Notes: generated by a model from the sequence alone, not told the origin. 64,000 nucleotides of DNA from Octopus vulgaris (GCA_951406725.2 OX597817.1:145638001-145702000); one strand, 5' to 3'; counted from the stretch's first letter, positions 1 through 13,237 are shown. Made by a program: numbers and translations.

Positions 1-761
1 AAGTTTGGTAGGCTAATATACCCCATTATAAATGTTTAAATCAAACCAATTTCATGTCCTTTCTGAAGATTATTAAAAAATTACTAAAACTTTGGTCTCA
101 CTGTATCAGCCTCACCATTCAACAGAAACTTGTGAGAAGCCATAGGCATATCTCTTTCCGTAAACCAAACCAACAATAATTATACAAAGAAATATGTATA
201 TAGCCATTTTGACCAAATAGAACTTGACTGTTACTGAATCATTATATCTGCTGCTGCTGCTGCTTATTATTGCATTTTTTTATAATCCTATTTTCTTCTC
301 ATAAAGCCATAATTTAATTAAAATTACTCTTTGTTTCACAGATTTACTTTTACAGTAGATGTTCCATATTTCTCCTTTTGAGTTTTATTTATTCAGTATT
401 TGCACTACCTTGTTTTTGGTCCTTACTCAGCATCAAGTCCTTTTGGTTTTATTTTTATTGTTTATAAATTAAGTGCTGTACTTAAACAATTTTTCAGCAC
501 TTCATCTTTGATTACTGGACCATTTACTGTACAAAAAAATATGAAGGATTACATTTGTTTTAATTATCATCTACCTTTAGGTGTTTATGAAGAATATTAT
601 ACTGTGATGGATTTTACATATCACACTTGCAGATTTGAATAAATTAGAATAAATTCAAATTTTTAAATGAAATTTTAATTTTATTTTCATTTTCTTAAGT
701 ATTTTCTTCCAGATTGTAGCATTATATCTTATGGAGAATTTTTTTTTTTTACCTTCATTAG

Positions 762-987
762 AAAACAAAAGGAACTGGAAGAAAAATTGATAGAAGAGGA
801 AGTAGCTAGGCGTGTAGAAGAGCTTGTGGCTAAAAGAGTTAATGAAGAGCTTGAGAAACGTAAAGATGAAATTGAAGCTGAGGTGATGCGACGGGTAGAA
901 GAAGCAAAACGAATAATGGAGAAACAAATGCTTGAAGAATTAGAAAGACAACGCCAAGCTGAACTTGAAGCACAACGTCAAAAGGAG
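762..987 (+). CDS. ARGLU1: ARGLU1 internal coding exon (upstream exon lies outside the window)
   Basis: Poly-T tract and TAG acceptor at 759-761, GT donor at 988. Encodes [75 protein letters not shown], recognisable as the ARGLU1 Glu-rich coiled coil. Confidence 0.96.
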
Positions 988-1331
988 GTATTGCAAAGTT
1001 TCAGCTTTTATTTTTCTTTGCTGTTTTCCCCTCAGTTTGGTTTACTTTTCATATTTTACTCTCCAGTTCCCTAAAGAAAAACATCAGTAACTATTGTATT
1101 GATTTTTTTTTTTTTTTTTGTCTTTTAAATTCTAAAATTGATAATCACTTTAGGCTACATTTTGTTTTAAAATGTCTTGTCAAAGTCCTGAAGCTATGTG
1201 TGTTTTGGTAATCTTGTAAATTGCTTTTCACTTTAAATTGTTATGGCTTTAGTTCCATTAAAATTTTCTTTTTACTATTATATATCTACTTAAGTAAACT
1301 ATAATGGTGTGTGTGTGTATGTATATATATA

Positions 1332-1376
<45 letters not shown>

Positions 1377-4300
1377 TTAAATTAGGTCAGCTGTATTGTA
1401 GTATTTTCATAATTAATAGTTAATTAGTTAATTATTTTCCCAAAGAAAGGCTTATTATCTAATTCTATATTAAAAAATGCCAAAACCATAATTGATTAGG
1501 ACTTGGTAACACATTTACTAAATTCATGTAGGTATTTTAAATTGGGAAGGAAAAAAGTCTTTTTTTTTTGTTTTTATTACAAGGAAGAAATTAAGAGTTC
1601 TTATATTTCTTTCTCTCTACTTCCTATGATAATTCATTTTTAGGTTGATATAGTTAAAAACTTTATTCTGAAAAAAAAAAAAAATCATCTCTATCCTGAA
1701 TGTGAACTGTTTTATCGAACATTTCTGTTCCTAACTCTCTTGTTACCGTATTTCTAATAAAATACACTGCCTGTCAATTTTTGGATTAATTTGAAGGATT
1801 TAGTAAAAATATAAGTATAACATTCTTATAACTTATATCTCCTGCATAAAACTACATGGAGGGTTCAATTTTAAATATAAACAACTTAAAAATGAACAGA
1901 TTTATATTAGAGGCAGTTTGGTGTCCAAAGAGTTTAATTTAAAGAAGGAATAAAAGTACTTCCTTGTTGATATTGTGTGACAGTTCTTACCACACACACA
2001 CACACGTGCAATTTGTATTTTGATCTTTTCTAAAAAGGATTCTCTCAGAACTTTAAAACACAATGTAGGAATACTTTTGAAAGAAACAGTAAACATTACA
2101 AAGCAAATAGTATTGACATTATTAAATTGCATTTTGATTTCCAATTCACAAATCATAAACTTCTTTTCAATAGTGGAAAGAGTTTGATGTACATAATTTA
2201 AAAGAAATAAATTTTCTTTTAAAATAAAATCTCATCTCTTTTCACATGTATCTTATTTGCACACAGTTTTTGATTGTTCACAATTCTTGTATTATAGATG
2301 GTTTTTATCTTTTTTTTTCTCCCACTTCTTCAATCTGTGAAAGTTCAATAATAGAAATGATAATTATTGACCTGTATAATTTAAAATGTCATTTATGAAA
2401 AATAAATGGCTCTGGCTGACAAATTAAATGTTGGCTCTATAATTTAATGCTAGCCTAGTTCTGTAAAGTTGTAAATGGAATGAAAAATGTGAGGGGAAAT
2501 AGGCAAGGAATCTTTTAACTGGCAGTTTATCCCCTTCCTCTCTATAACATTAAATTTGTCTTAAAATATTTAATATCTATGTTGGTTTTTCTTTTCAATT
2601 CCTTCCAATAAGATGGTTGCAGTGTTCCTTTCCTCAAGGCTGTCTTAAAGATTTCAATAGATATTTTATATAATATCCTGGTTCCCTTTTTCTATTCAGG
2701 ATGATTTTTTGTTAGTTAGTTTCAAGTTTTTAATTAATCAAGAGAAAATTTTGATTTCCAAATTGTTTTATATATTCTTACTCCTTTTAATGGAATTTAA
2801 AACAACACCAATTACAACTGATTGCATATTTTCCTTTTTGTGGTTTTTGCTGAATTGGTCAAAATTTATCAACATTATTTTAGCAGTGAATATGGCCCAG
2901 AGCCCTGATTCATATCCTATTCAAATTGTTTCAACTTTGCAATAATATTCCCACTTTTACTGTCCTTTTTTTTTTTTTTTTTCATTGCAAACATTTTTGT
3001 TAGCATTTAACAGTCTTGTTCTTCATAAACCTCAAGCATTTTATTGATAACATCATTATAATTTTCAGTTGGCTCAGTTAACAATCTTGTCTTATTTTCT
3101 CTCACGTTTTTCAAACCAAAGTCTATGTTATCTAAATCAACTTATGTTAATGTCTTAATTATTTGTATTTGTTAGTTTTCTGGTTACTTCACTTGTGAAA
3201 CTGGTTATGTACATCTTCTGGTGTTGAAGCTGTTTCTCTCTATTTTGTATGAATGGTTGATGTAAGTATGCAAGTGGCTCTTTTTTTTTTTTTTTTAGTT
3301 GACAGCAAAATTAGAATCTGCATCAGTGAAGACCATTTATTTTATTTAATCTTTTAAGTTTCATTTTGTTTGTAAATTTGAGGATAGTCTCTCTTTAGTT
3401 TGAATGGCTGATGTATTACACTACTTTTGCTTCACATTAGTCTTCTATCATTGGTAGCTCTATTCTGACATAATTGAGTGCTACTCTGTGAAATGAGGAA
3501 TATTTGTTTTAATAATGGTTGGAATGATACAGATTCTATCTTCTTCCCAAGTAGAAAATCTTGTTCAAGAGACAGCTTTTTCCTTAAAGAAATTGTAGAA
3601 ATTCCTTAAGGCTTAAATCAACGAGTTTGAATTTCTTTTTATTTCAATTTGATAGGAAACTTATAAACTGGAATTGTTTGATTTGTTGCAATACATATGT
3701 TGGTTTCTTAAAATTTGCTTCCTCTTTGGATTGCAGAACTCAAACTAAACTCAGAGCTTTGCTTAACCATTTGAAGTTTCTGATAAATGATAGTTTCTGA
3801 ATGGTGTCATAGGTGCAATGTCATGGTACTGTTTTTATGTCTTGTATCCATCTGCTTTTGCATTGGCTTTTTTTTTTTTTTTTCCATCTTCTCATTTATT
3901 GGACTTTTGGCTGCTGAACTGTACATCCTTACCAATATTGATACAACGTGCTAAACAGTTATATTGTTGCTTTCTTTTTTTTATTTTATGAAGAATAAGT
4001 TACATGCTGGAAAATATAAAAGAGCATGGAAACTGTAATGTATTTGAACTTCAGTTTTTATTCTGAAAGGATGAATATATATCCTAAAATTAACAATTGA
4101 AATTTTCCATTTTCGTTTACATAACTCAAAAATTGAGTACATTTCCAGCTGAAAATGTTATTGGCAGTTGGTTATTTAATCCAACAGGTTTCCAATTTGT
4201 GAAAGATTTCTTTAAGCAGAAAGCTGTTTCTTGACATCTCTTTGTAAGTATTGTTATTGATTGAGCAATTCTGCTCTCATGTGTACATGCTATATTTTGG

Positions 4301-6733
4301 CCACACATATATCGGCATAAGTTAACTGGAACAATCATTAGGTTGCTAATGCCGTCAGACCTAATGAGAACATTTTTTTACAGTATTCAGTGATGCATTT
4401 CCAGTAAAATAAACCATACCATTGGATTCCTGCTGAAAAGATATAAAAGATTGGATATTCACACAGCTGAGGAAGTATGTAAAGTTTACACAGCCATAAT
4501 TCCCTTCTGTCCTTGCTCCCTTAAATTGCTGTTTGCCCATTCTGATCTAAATGGTGCGTTCATCTCTTGTACTTCAGGGTTTAATATTACACTATTTAGC
4601 TTTGAATTTTTCTTGACGTTATTAATAACATCTTTTCACAGATTGTCCATTCCATTGCATTGCAAGTTCTTGGCACTGGTACTTAGAATATACTTTAAAA
4701 TACATGGAATTTCTTTATCAGATTTTCATTCACTCTTTTTTTTTTCTTTTTTCTATATACTTCAGAATAAGTTTTGGTGTGCAATTCAAAACTCTACATG
4801 TTAAGGGGCTAAAACAATTTTCAAGATGGTTATTTAATGAATGTAGTTTTGACCATTTTCAAACAGTTTTAGGAAATTCTCTGCAAATTTCAGCTTGTCA
4901 GCCAATTTCTATTCCATATTGTTTGTTGAGTGTTGCTTCTCTCTTTTTAGTTTCTTTTTGCTCCTGTCTTTTAATTTTATATTTACATTGTTTCTTTAAT
5001 TTCCCATCAAACTAATGTTAAAAGAAAATGAAAGAATTGTTTTGTATAGAGATTGATATTTAGACCAAAATCTCTCTTAATAGTGTGTTAGTATTTTTTA
5101 GTAACAGGAACCCTTATCTAAGAGTGTGCAGATTGCTTCCTTCTTACACTAACCTGGGAATGTCTGTGTTTTGATATATTGGTTTATAACAAAGGCAATA
5201 ATCATATGCTTGCCTGATTATCATTTAGTATTACTAAAAGCAACTTCTATTGTAGCCATTGCCAATTACGACATCTATTTATCAGTATAATTTCTTTTAT
5301 AACGAATGTTAATTATTGAGAGAGGAGAATAAAAGTAAAGCACCAAGTCTTACAATCTTAGGAATTCCCTTTTTTTAGAAATCAGTGGTAGTTGTAGTAG
5401 TTGTAGAAAAGTTTTGTTAATGCCACTTCTGACACTTTCACTTTAGAAGACCTAAAGGGATTTTGTTTTGGGTCTTTGGCCAAATCCTTTTCTTCTGTAT
5501 TATGTATCGACTGCTGAAACAGTTAATACAAGCGTCGTCAATTTTTCGCTGGCCACCTCCTTATAATTACTTGCCCTTTATTACCTGCTGCTGCTGCTAC
5601 TACCACTGACTGGTGGACAGTTTATTTGGTGTCTAGTTGGGGATTTTAATGGCTTTGTTTAAATATGAGACAACTGGCTGCTGCTGTGAAGTAAACAGTT
5701 TGAAGAGGAAGCATTCCTGGAAGGATATAATCGTGTCATGTGCTACAGATGTGTACCTACCTACTCTTGGGTATGTAGAAAGATACTTTTCTATCAATGA
5801 CGTCACATTATCTGTCAATTCTCCGTGCAATTTGTTTAAACTATTCTTGGAGTGTAGTAGAAATTACTGCCCACAATGCAATATGTTGGGCTAATCGATT
5901 CCTTATCTCTAGGAATATGCATAAAAGTTCAACCAAAATGCTAATTCCATACTTATTTTTTTCTAAATTCATGTTTATTATAAAATGTACATTTTTTTTA
6001 TATAATTAATTTTAAATTCTTTAAAGTCCAACTGGTATGTATCTTTTTATTTTGACCTTTTTTTCCCTCATGACTCTAACATATAAAAAGAAAATATTTA
6101 TAATAATGTTGAGGTTGAATTGCTGTTAGATCTCATGCTGATTCATGTGAAAAGGTTTGTAACATTGCCGCTTGTGTTTTTCTTAATTTGTTTCTCAATC
6201 TTTTTTTTTTTTATTTCTCCCTCTTGCCTTTTAAAAACACAAACAATTGTTACCAATGATCTAGCTCCTTTGTTTTTGTTTTTTTTTTCATCAAGAAACA
6301 TGATTCGGTCATCTGTATTTGACTAAACTATTTTTTTTTTCTAGAGTGTTGTTTGAATGTTTGTCTAATGTGATGTGTAGCCTTTTGTAAATTAAAAAAA
6401 AATAACATCAAAAAACATATTTATTATCCCTTGCCTTTCTGTGCTGACAACAACAACAGTAATTTGAAACACCTTTGTTCTCACCCAGCTGTGCTGATGG
6501 CCACTGGTGGTGGTGGTGGTGGCGGCGGTGGTGGGGGGTATAGTGGTTGTGTAACTGCCGCTGGTACTACTGCTGTCGCTGCTGCTACTGCTACTCCTGC
6601 TGCTCTACGTTGAACTCATCCACGGCCTGTTACTTATTGTGTCATAGCTTACAGCTGATTATTTTATTCCTCGTGTATTATACAGTTTGTTTGTTATGCA
6701 CCTTCGTATGAACATGGTTATCTGTCTTTGTAG

Positions 6734-6817
6734 GAAGAGGAGCGGAAAAAGCGAGAGGATCTTGAACGCATAATGGAAGAAAACAATAAAAAAATTGAAG
6801 AAGCTCAAAGAAAATTG
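6734..6817 (+). CDS. ARGLU1: ARGLU1 penultimate coding exon (84 nt)
   Basis: tctttgtag acceptor, gtaagt donor at 6818, phase 0 at both ends. Encodes EEERKKREDLERIMEENNKKIEEAQRKL. Confidence 0.96.
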
Positions 6818-6869
6818 GTAAGTTGGGGTCTTAGATTGTTGCTTGTCTTGATTTTATTTAAGTAAAATA

Positions 6870-7087
6870 GGCTCCTGTGCTGTTGGCATGTGTAAAAAGA
6901 TTTGAGCGAGGTCGTTGCCAGTACCGCCTGACTGGCCCTCGTGCTGGTGGCACGTAAAAAGCACCCACTACACTCTCAGAGTGGTTGGTGTTAGGAAGGG
7001 CAGCCATCTGGTTCGCCAACCCTCAGTCAAAATCGTCCAACCCATGCTAGCATGGAAAGCTGACATTAAACGATGATAATGATGATA
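6870..7087 (+). mobile_element. Retroposon 3' fragment with (GAT)n tail (abundant family, probably an RTE LINE 3' UTR)
   Basis: Core gagtggttggYgttaggaagggca...ccaacccatgctagcatggaaagc...aaacgatgat recurs many times on both strands (e.g. near 14020, 26450, 33970, 39370, 55420, 60200). Confidence 0.75.
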
Positions 7088-7985
7088 AACATAGAAGTGT
7101 GGCTTTAATTCTAGCCCAAATACAAAGTTAGAAACTGCTTAATGATATTAACATTGGATATTACTAGATGAAATATCCTAGAGTATAAGTTTCGCAAATA
7201 TGACCTTGATGAAGCGTCATGGATTTTAGGAAAATGGAAACCCTATTGATTAAGCCCTGGTTAAAAAGGTTTGAGAATGCAGTCTCCATTAGCAATGATT
7301 TAGTGACTTTAAAAATGTAATATGATTGTTGAATCACTTCATGACAGATTTACATGTCAGGTGACAATAAAGTATGTCCATAGTTTATATTCAATTCCCA
7401 AGAATCTGATGTTCTCATGAGTCTTGCTGCAATGATGTTTGCCTTGCTCTGCTATTATATAGTGTTCTTAAGATGTCTATGAAAAGATTTCCTCACAGAC
7501 AAAGTCCACTGCATCATGCCTTTCATTGTTGTATATACATTAAGTATGATGCACAGATGGCTAATTTCAATTTAATGTTGGCTCAAGAAACAGTTGTCGT
7601 GATAAGTTGTTTGAAATGTCATTCAATAAAAATTCATGCTCTGAATAGTATTTAACTAGAAGCCTCATGTTAGACCTTACTATCTCTGAGTATGTGGTCT
7701 TAGCTATGTTAGGCGTATGTTTTTGCTGGGATCACATCTTATAGCCTGAACCTTCTCTTCGGGGCCAGAACATATGTTCACTTCCAACAATGAGTCTACA
7801 AAACACAAGTGAAGGCTGACATCGAAGTATTTCTCCCACAGTTGGAGGTGTGGTGTTGTTGTTGTTTGCACACACACTTTTAAAATCCATATCTACACAT
7901 TTTGTCAAGGAGTCAACTTAATAATTACTTTTTAAACTAGAGCAAACCATAGGATAATTAATGATAATGTAAGAGTATTGCTAAA

Positions 7986-8206
7986 CCCTTTCGTTACCAA
8001 CCTGGCTGAAACTGCCTCCGGCTCTGTAGTATAACTGTCTTGTTTTCATAAGTTTTGAATTAAAGTCTTCCTCCAAACCTTAGTCACAATTTATGTTCCT
8101 AACACTAGCTGAATGATAACTAAGTTATTTTGCTGAATTCTTTGTTATATTTAAAGTAATTGAAAGAAACACAGAGCATCTCAAAATAAATACAGTAATG
8201 AAAGGG
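7986..8206. mobile_element. piggyBac-type MITE
   Basis: Termini ccctttcgttac and gtaatgaaaggg are inverted; flanks TAAA and TTAA; no ORF. Confidence 0.65.
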
Positions 8207-8279
8207 TTAAGGATATTTCTCATTGAAATATGCATTGTTCTTTTTATTTTATTTCATTTTTTTTTTCTTCTTCATTCAG

Positions 8280-8438
8280 GCTGAAGAGCAGTTGAAGCTG
8301 GTTGAAGAACAGCGAAAAATTTTGGAAGAGAAACAGAGAATGGAAGAGGAGGAAAGGAAACGGGTGAAACAAGAACAAGACAGAATTTTAAATAAGAAAA
8401 ATGCTCGACCAAAATTATCGTTCAGTTTGGGAAAATGA
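8280..8438 (+). CDS. ARGLU1: ARGLU1 last coding exon
   Basis: Long pyrimidine tract and CAG at 8277-8279. Encodes AEEQLKLVEEQRKILEEKQRMEEEERKRVKQEQDRILNKKNARPKLSFSLGK*, ending in the conserved RPKLSFSL. Confidence 0.96.
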   Translation, partial: AEEQLKLVEEQRKILEEKQRMEEEERKRVKQEQDRILNKKNARPKLSFSLGK

Positions 8439-10690
8439 AAGACTAAAGACTGGTGTAATGTAAGAAAATCTAAAATTAGAAAGTTATTTTGTGTAGGCAA
8501 TGTTGACAATAAGATACAAATTAAGGATTTGGTTATCTTTATGGAGAGCTGCTAAAGTAAAAGATTTAAAAGAGACCTGGAATAAAATTGCAGACTATAC
8601 TGCAAGTTCTATTTACAGATGTCTTGGAAAAGGGAAGAAATTTTGATTGTGTTTACTGCATTGCATTATTCATGAACTTTTTTTAAAGCGTAAGAACTTA
8701 ATAAGGTTTTTAAAATCTGGTCTTCCTTAGAAAAAGATTCCCTTTTTCTCTTGATGATTATTTTTCAAGAGAAGGATTCATAATCTTATCAGGGATTAGT
8801 CGTCATGGATTAAATAAAAGAAACTTTTTTTTTGTTATCCCTAACACCAGTTGAAAAAAAAAAAAAAAAGCCACAATTAGTTTAGGTTACTGGTCTGTTT
8901 TCTTTGTTGAAAGATTAAAGAACATGCATACATTTGCGTCCGTATTATGTGAAATATCAATTTCTCTTGGTCGTTGATGTTTCATGAATTAGGAATGTTA
9001 ATCAAATAATGTTTTTCTGACTAATTTAAATGCCTTGTCAGAAAATACATTATGTAGTGAATTTGATGAGTATGTCATTGTTGACGGTTGGTTGTTACTT
9101 TGAACAGAGGTGATTGCATTTTAATGTATTTTATTTCACTGTTGCAAATCTACTGTCTAGTTGGCACTGTAACTCCACTTGCTTTGTGGCTTTAACAACA
9201 ATATATTCTCTTGTTACAAGGAATATAGTTGTTTACAACCAGTTTGGCTAAAAATACTTGGCTGAACTCTGTGAACAATATCACACCAATAAGATAGGTG
9301 ATGTCGCTAAATCATCTAATGTTGAATGATGCATTGTTATAGAATAAACATCACAGCAAAATGCTGTTTTGTTTGATCAGAGTTAAAGATGCAGGGTTGG
9401 CTGGACTTTTTATTGTTAAATGGTATCGCTTGACTTGTTGCTGCTTTATATCTGCAGCCATTTCTCTCACTCCTCCATTATAATTACTGCTCCAATTGAA
9501 CAAAATGTAAAATTTCAAAATCTCTAGAAAACGGCCATTTCCTATATTCTTTTGAATATAGATTATTGATACCTTCTTGATTGTAAAAATTGTTTCTGTA
9601 CATTAGTTAAATGGTACAGAACTTTTTTTTTTTTTAATGTACATTTATTGTACTTCTGGATCTCATCACCATCTTTCCTTCCCCTACCCCCCAACATTTT
9701 GTACAGTTTTTACATCTGTAGCAAAACTTGTTTCATTCATACATTTTGCAACTTCTCTCTCTCTTTCCCATCATCCCCTACTCTCTTTCAAAAGCCCAGA
9801 TGTTGTACCTTGCAGTGTTCAAATGTTGGCTTATTAAATCAGTTGAATGCTACCCAAGCTTGATCTACATTTGTACATTTTGATACTTTCATAAATGATC
9901 TCCTTTTCATAGGAAATGCTTATCGATTATAAGCATTTGAAAGATCTTCATTTTAATGGATATCTGATGGAAATAGATGCTGGTTCTCAAAAAAAAAAAA
10001 ATCTCTTCTATTCCTGTGCAATGAGCCATTTAATGAACAACTGGCATTGACTACTATCTGTTAGTATATACTGAACATAACGTTCTCAGGTCTACTGCTG
10101 GACCCAGCTGTGTATAATTTCTATGCCGAGCCAAACCAAGACTTACAACATTCTGCCTACTTCAACTTTAGTGCACTTATTTCTGAAGGTTTGGCAGTAG
10201 CTTTGAAAATTGCCTGTTTGACTACTATGTAGTCCAACTTCCCTTTGTCTTTTGTATGTACATTTTTTTTTTTTTAAACTTGGTCATTTCTCCTTTCATT
10301 CCATATCCCAAGTTCATGCTTAACATTATACATATAGTTAGCTTCTTTTGATACTGTCCGTTTCAGTACATTTTGATATTTAAGGACATCTGAAATGTAT
10401 CTAGTTTATAACATTTTTACATTTAATTTTTCAAGAAAACAATTATAAAATAGTGATGCTTAACAAAAAGAGTGAAGTCTTGAGTCTTGGTTGTAAAATT
10501 TTCGAGCAGGTTTTTTTTTTTTTTTTTTCATACCATCTTCTGTAAATACACATGAAATCATTAAAGCATTTAAATGAATGTAGCTTTGTTTTTTCATTTC
10601 TTTTAAACTTATTTAATTTGATCTTGTTAGAAAAAAAAAATCAAAACATTTAATTTGTGAAACTAATAAAATGGACAATCTTAACAGTTT
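8439..10690 (+). other. Probable ARGLU1 3' UTR with several polyadenylation signals
   Basis: U-rich and free of the local repeats. AATAAA near 8581, 8813, 9343 and 10665; SINE-derived sequence resumes at about 10750. Confidence 0.5.
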
Positions 10691-13106
10691 CTGGTGATTG
10701 ACTTTCAAGCTGTGGATTTTGTATATTTCTGCTATAATTTCTTAATGTGATAGCACATGGCCTGTAGGTTAGGACATTGCCCTCATGATTGTGAGGTTGT
10801 GGTTTCAATTTCTGGATCAGATGTGGTGTTGATCAACACTTGTCTTACTATCATTAATAGTTCCACAAGACACTAATTAGAACTGTTGGCTACTGGTCTT
10901 TTTATAATGGCTGGTAGGAACCACTTTTTTACTGGGAGGGGTATAGTTTCACTATGCAACACAGACAATGAAAGATTTTTAGCTTAGAAGTCATTTCTAC
11001 ATAGATTGTTATTCAGAACAAAGATAGTGTAGCCTAGACAATGGAGAAGAGGTGAAGACAGTAGTCGTTTCTCATTGAAGAATAAGATATGACTTTGTAA
11101 CTTTGAATCTACTGCATGGCACTTTGGGCTAGTCTTCTACTGGAGCCCAGAGTTAAAAGCTTTGTGAGTGAAATTTGGTAGATGGAAACAATATGAAAAC
11201 CCACTGAGGGATGAGCTCCTGTTCTTTGGTAGAAGACTTAATCCATGGACTTTGCAACATAAAAGGGAGAACTGTACAGCAGATTGAACATGATCCTTTA
11301 ACCTTCTAGACTATAAGCAGTCTAGGTAAAAGTCGAGGGCCTTTGACTGAGCATTTTAGAATTTAATAACTGGTGAGAAAAGACAGGACATTATGAATCA
11401 GCTGATGGGCAGCCTCCCTTTGTGTTAGCCGCAGGTGTGTCTGAGAAAACAAAGAAGCACAAAGCAGAGAAGATGCTAGATAAAGGCATGCACTGGTCAA
11501 AACGATTGCAACAGTATGGACTGGGCACCAGAGTGTATGGGGGGTGAAAAATAAAAACTAGTTGTCATCCACTCCAAGCCAATGATTGCACTTCTCCACA
11601 TTTGTTCAGTGAGCTAGAAATAGAAGCCAAATTCCCCTCAAAGCACACTTTATCAAATGTGTTAACTTTTTGTAAAATAATGTTGATAATGAATAGAGTA
11701 CTATATAATGGACCGTTGTGGATAACAAGCATCTAAACCAATTTGAGAGATAATACAGTATCTGCCAGGAAAACTTATCTTTTTGTAAAATAGTAATGTA
11801 GCCACAAATACACTGTATGAAGTTAAGACAGGAGGTTTACAGCTGGAATGACTTTTGTCATTGGTCTCCTCAATGGAAATTGACCTAGGGTTAAACAAGT
11901 GTATATACAGTGTAATAAACAATATTTTATATATTGGGCAATGTTTCTTATGTTCAGTAACTTTCTTTTAATCTTATTCAGTGTTTCATAATCAACTTCT
12001 TAATTATTTCACAAGTTCTCATCTCTATGCATCAACAACTGCTGTAGGTTTTATGATCATTTCTAAGCAGCAACCAGTTTCTAATTGATCACAAAAAAAA
12101 AAAAAAAAAAAAAATCAATGAAGTTGGTAATAAAAGCACCGTGATAAATGGAAGCAAAACTGGTATAACTGGTGGATTGAATCTTAATCTTAATAACTTT
12201 TTTTTAATTATATTTTGGTCCTTTTGAAAGGAGCATGGAAGAAAATTTAATGTTATAATGAAGATGCAACAGATCAAAAGATCTTTCTTCGATCAGCTAT
12301 TTTTAAATTGGACACAAAGAGAATATAAAATTTAATTTACAAGCGATATTTTGTTTGTCGTGTTGTTTTCAATGTAATTGTAATTCAGTGAAATATCAGA
12401 AGTTTGTAATCATGCAATCCTTCCTTTTGTAGCTGACAGTTTTAATACCATGACATAGCATGTTTGAAATGATTCAATAAGAGCTGTTTTGCCAACATTA
12501 TTTATAATATGCAGCTTGGATTTTTGTCCCTTAGTCGAATTGCTTAAAATTTTTAACTAAGAAAAAAAAAGGGAAAAGACAAGCCAAAATATACCAGCCA
12601 TGTTAGTCCATTTGAGAAGTATTTGCTTATGTTATAAATCCTAAAATTTGAAAAGCATACTTCTGTTGATTATCATGATGAGTGTAAAGTGATAGTGGGA
12701 GATAAAATGAGATTCCTGTTAGTTTAAAATCCTTTGCAATTTGTTATGCTTTTAAGTCTTTGAACAGTTCACATCAGTAGTCATGTTTTGGGTTTTTCTT
12801 TTTTTTTTTGCGCCTTTAAGATAATGTTGGAAGTTATAGGTTTGAAATTTCTATTTTATAAATATCACAGTTTTATGCTTTAGGATAAACAACAAATATA
12901 TTATGTAGCAATGTTCGATACCAAATCATTTTCAGTATATTGGTATTTAAGAGTGTTGATGATGGTGCTTCAGCAGCGCTACAGCCAAGAGGTTGAAATC
13001 TGTACAAGAATTGTTCAGAAATAGGAACACCAAGGATTTGGGGTTCTCAGAGATGTAAATAATTTAATATATATTTAAAGGGTTTAGCTGATTGAAGTCT
13101 TTCGTG

Positions 13107-13237
13107 TTAGGATTTTGATTGGTCTATGTGAGATTCCATAGAAGGACTTTTTTTGGGCTCTGTACAAAAAAATCTGGAAATGAAACTTTCACTGCGACTT
13201 CGTGGAACTTGATCAGGCGGAGGCATAGAGGGAGTTT
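13107..13237 (-). CDS. HDAC11: HDAC11 exon 10 (predicted last coding exon, C-terminal extension)
   Basis: Minus-strand acceptor ctcctctcttttccag; phase 1 matches the exon 9 donor. Open frame ETPSMPPPDQVPRSRSESFISRFFCTEPKKSPSMESHIDQSKS* (TAA at 13109-13107). Rests on splice logic only, not homology. Confidence 0.7.

Noticed and set aside
6431-6613. Poly-Gly/Ala ORF
   Set aside because: Trinucleotide low-complexity sequence in an intron with a TTG start; the flanking exons join in frame without it.
7322-7410. C/D box snoRNA (atgatt...ctga)
   Set aside because: Imperfect C box, no convincing terminal stem and no identifiable rRNA guide.
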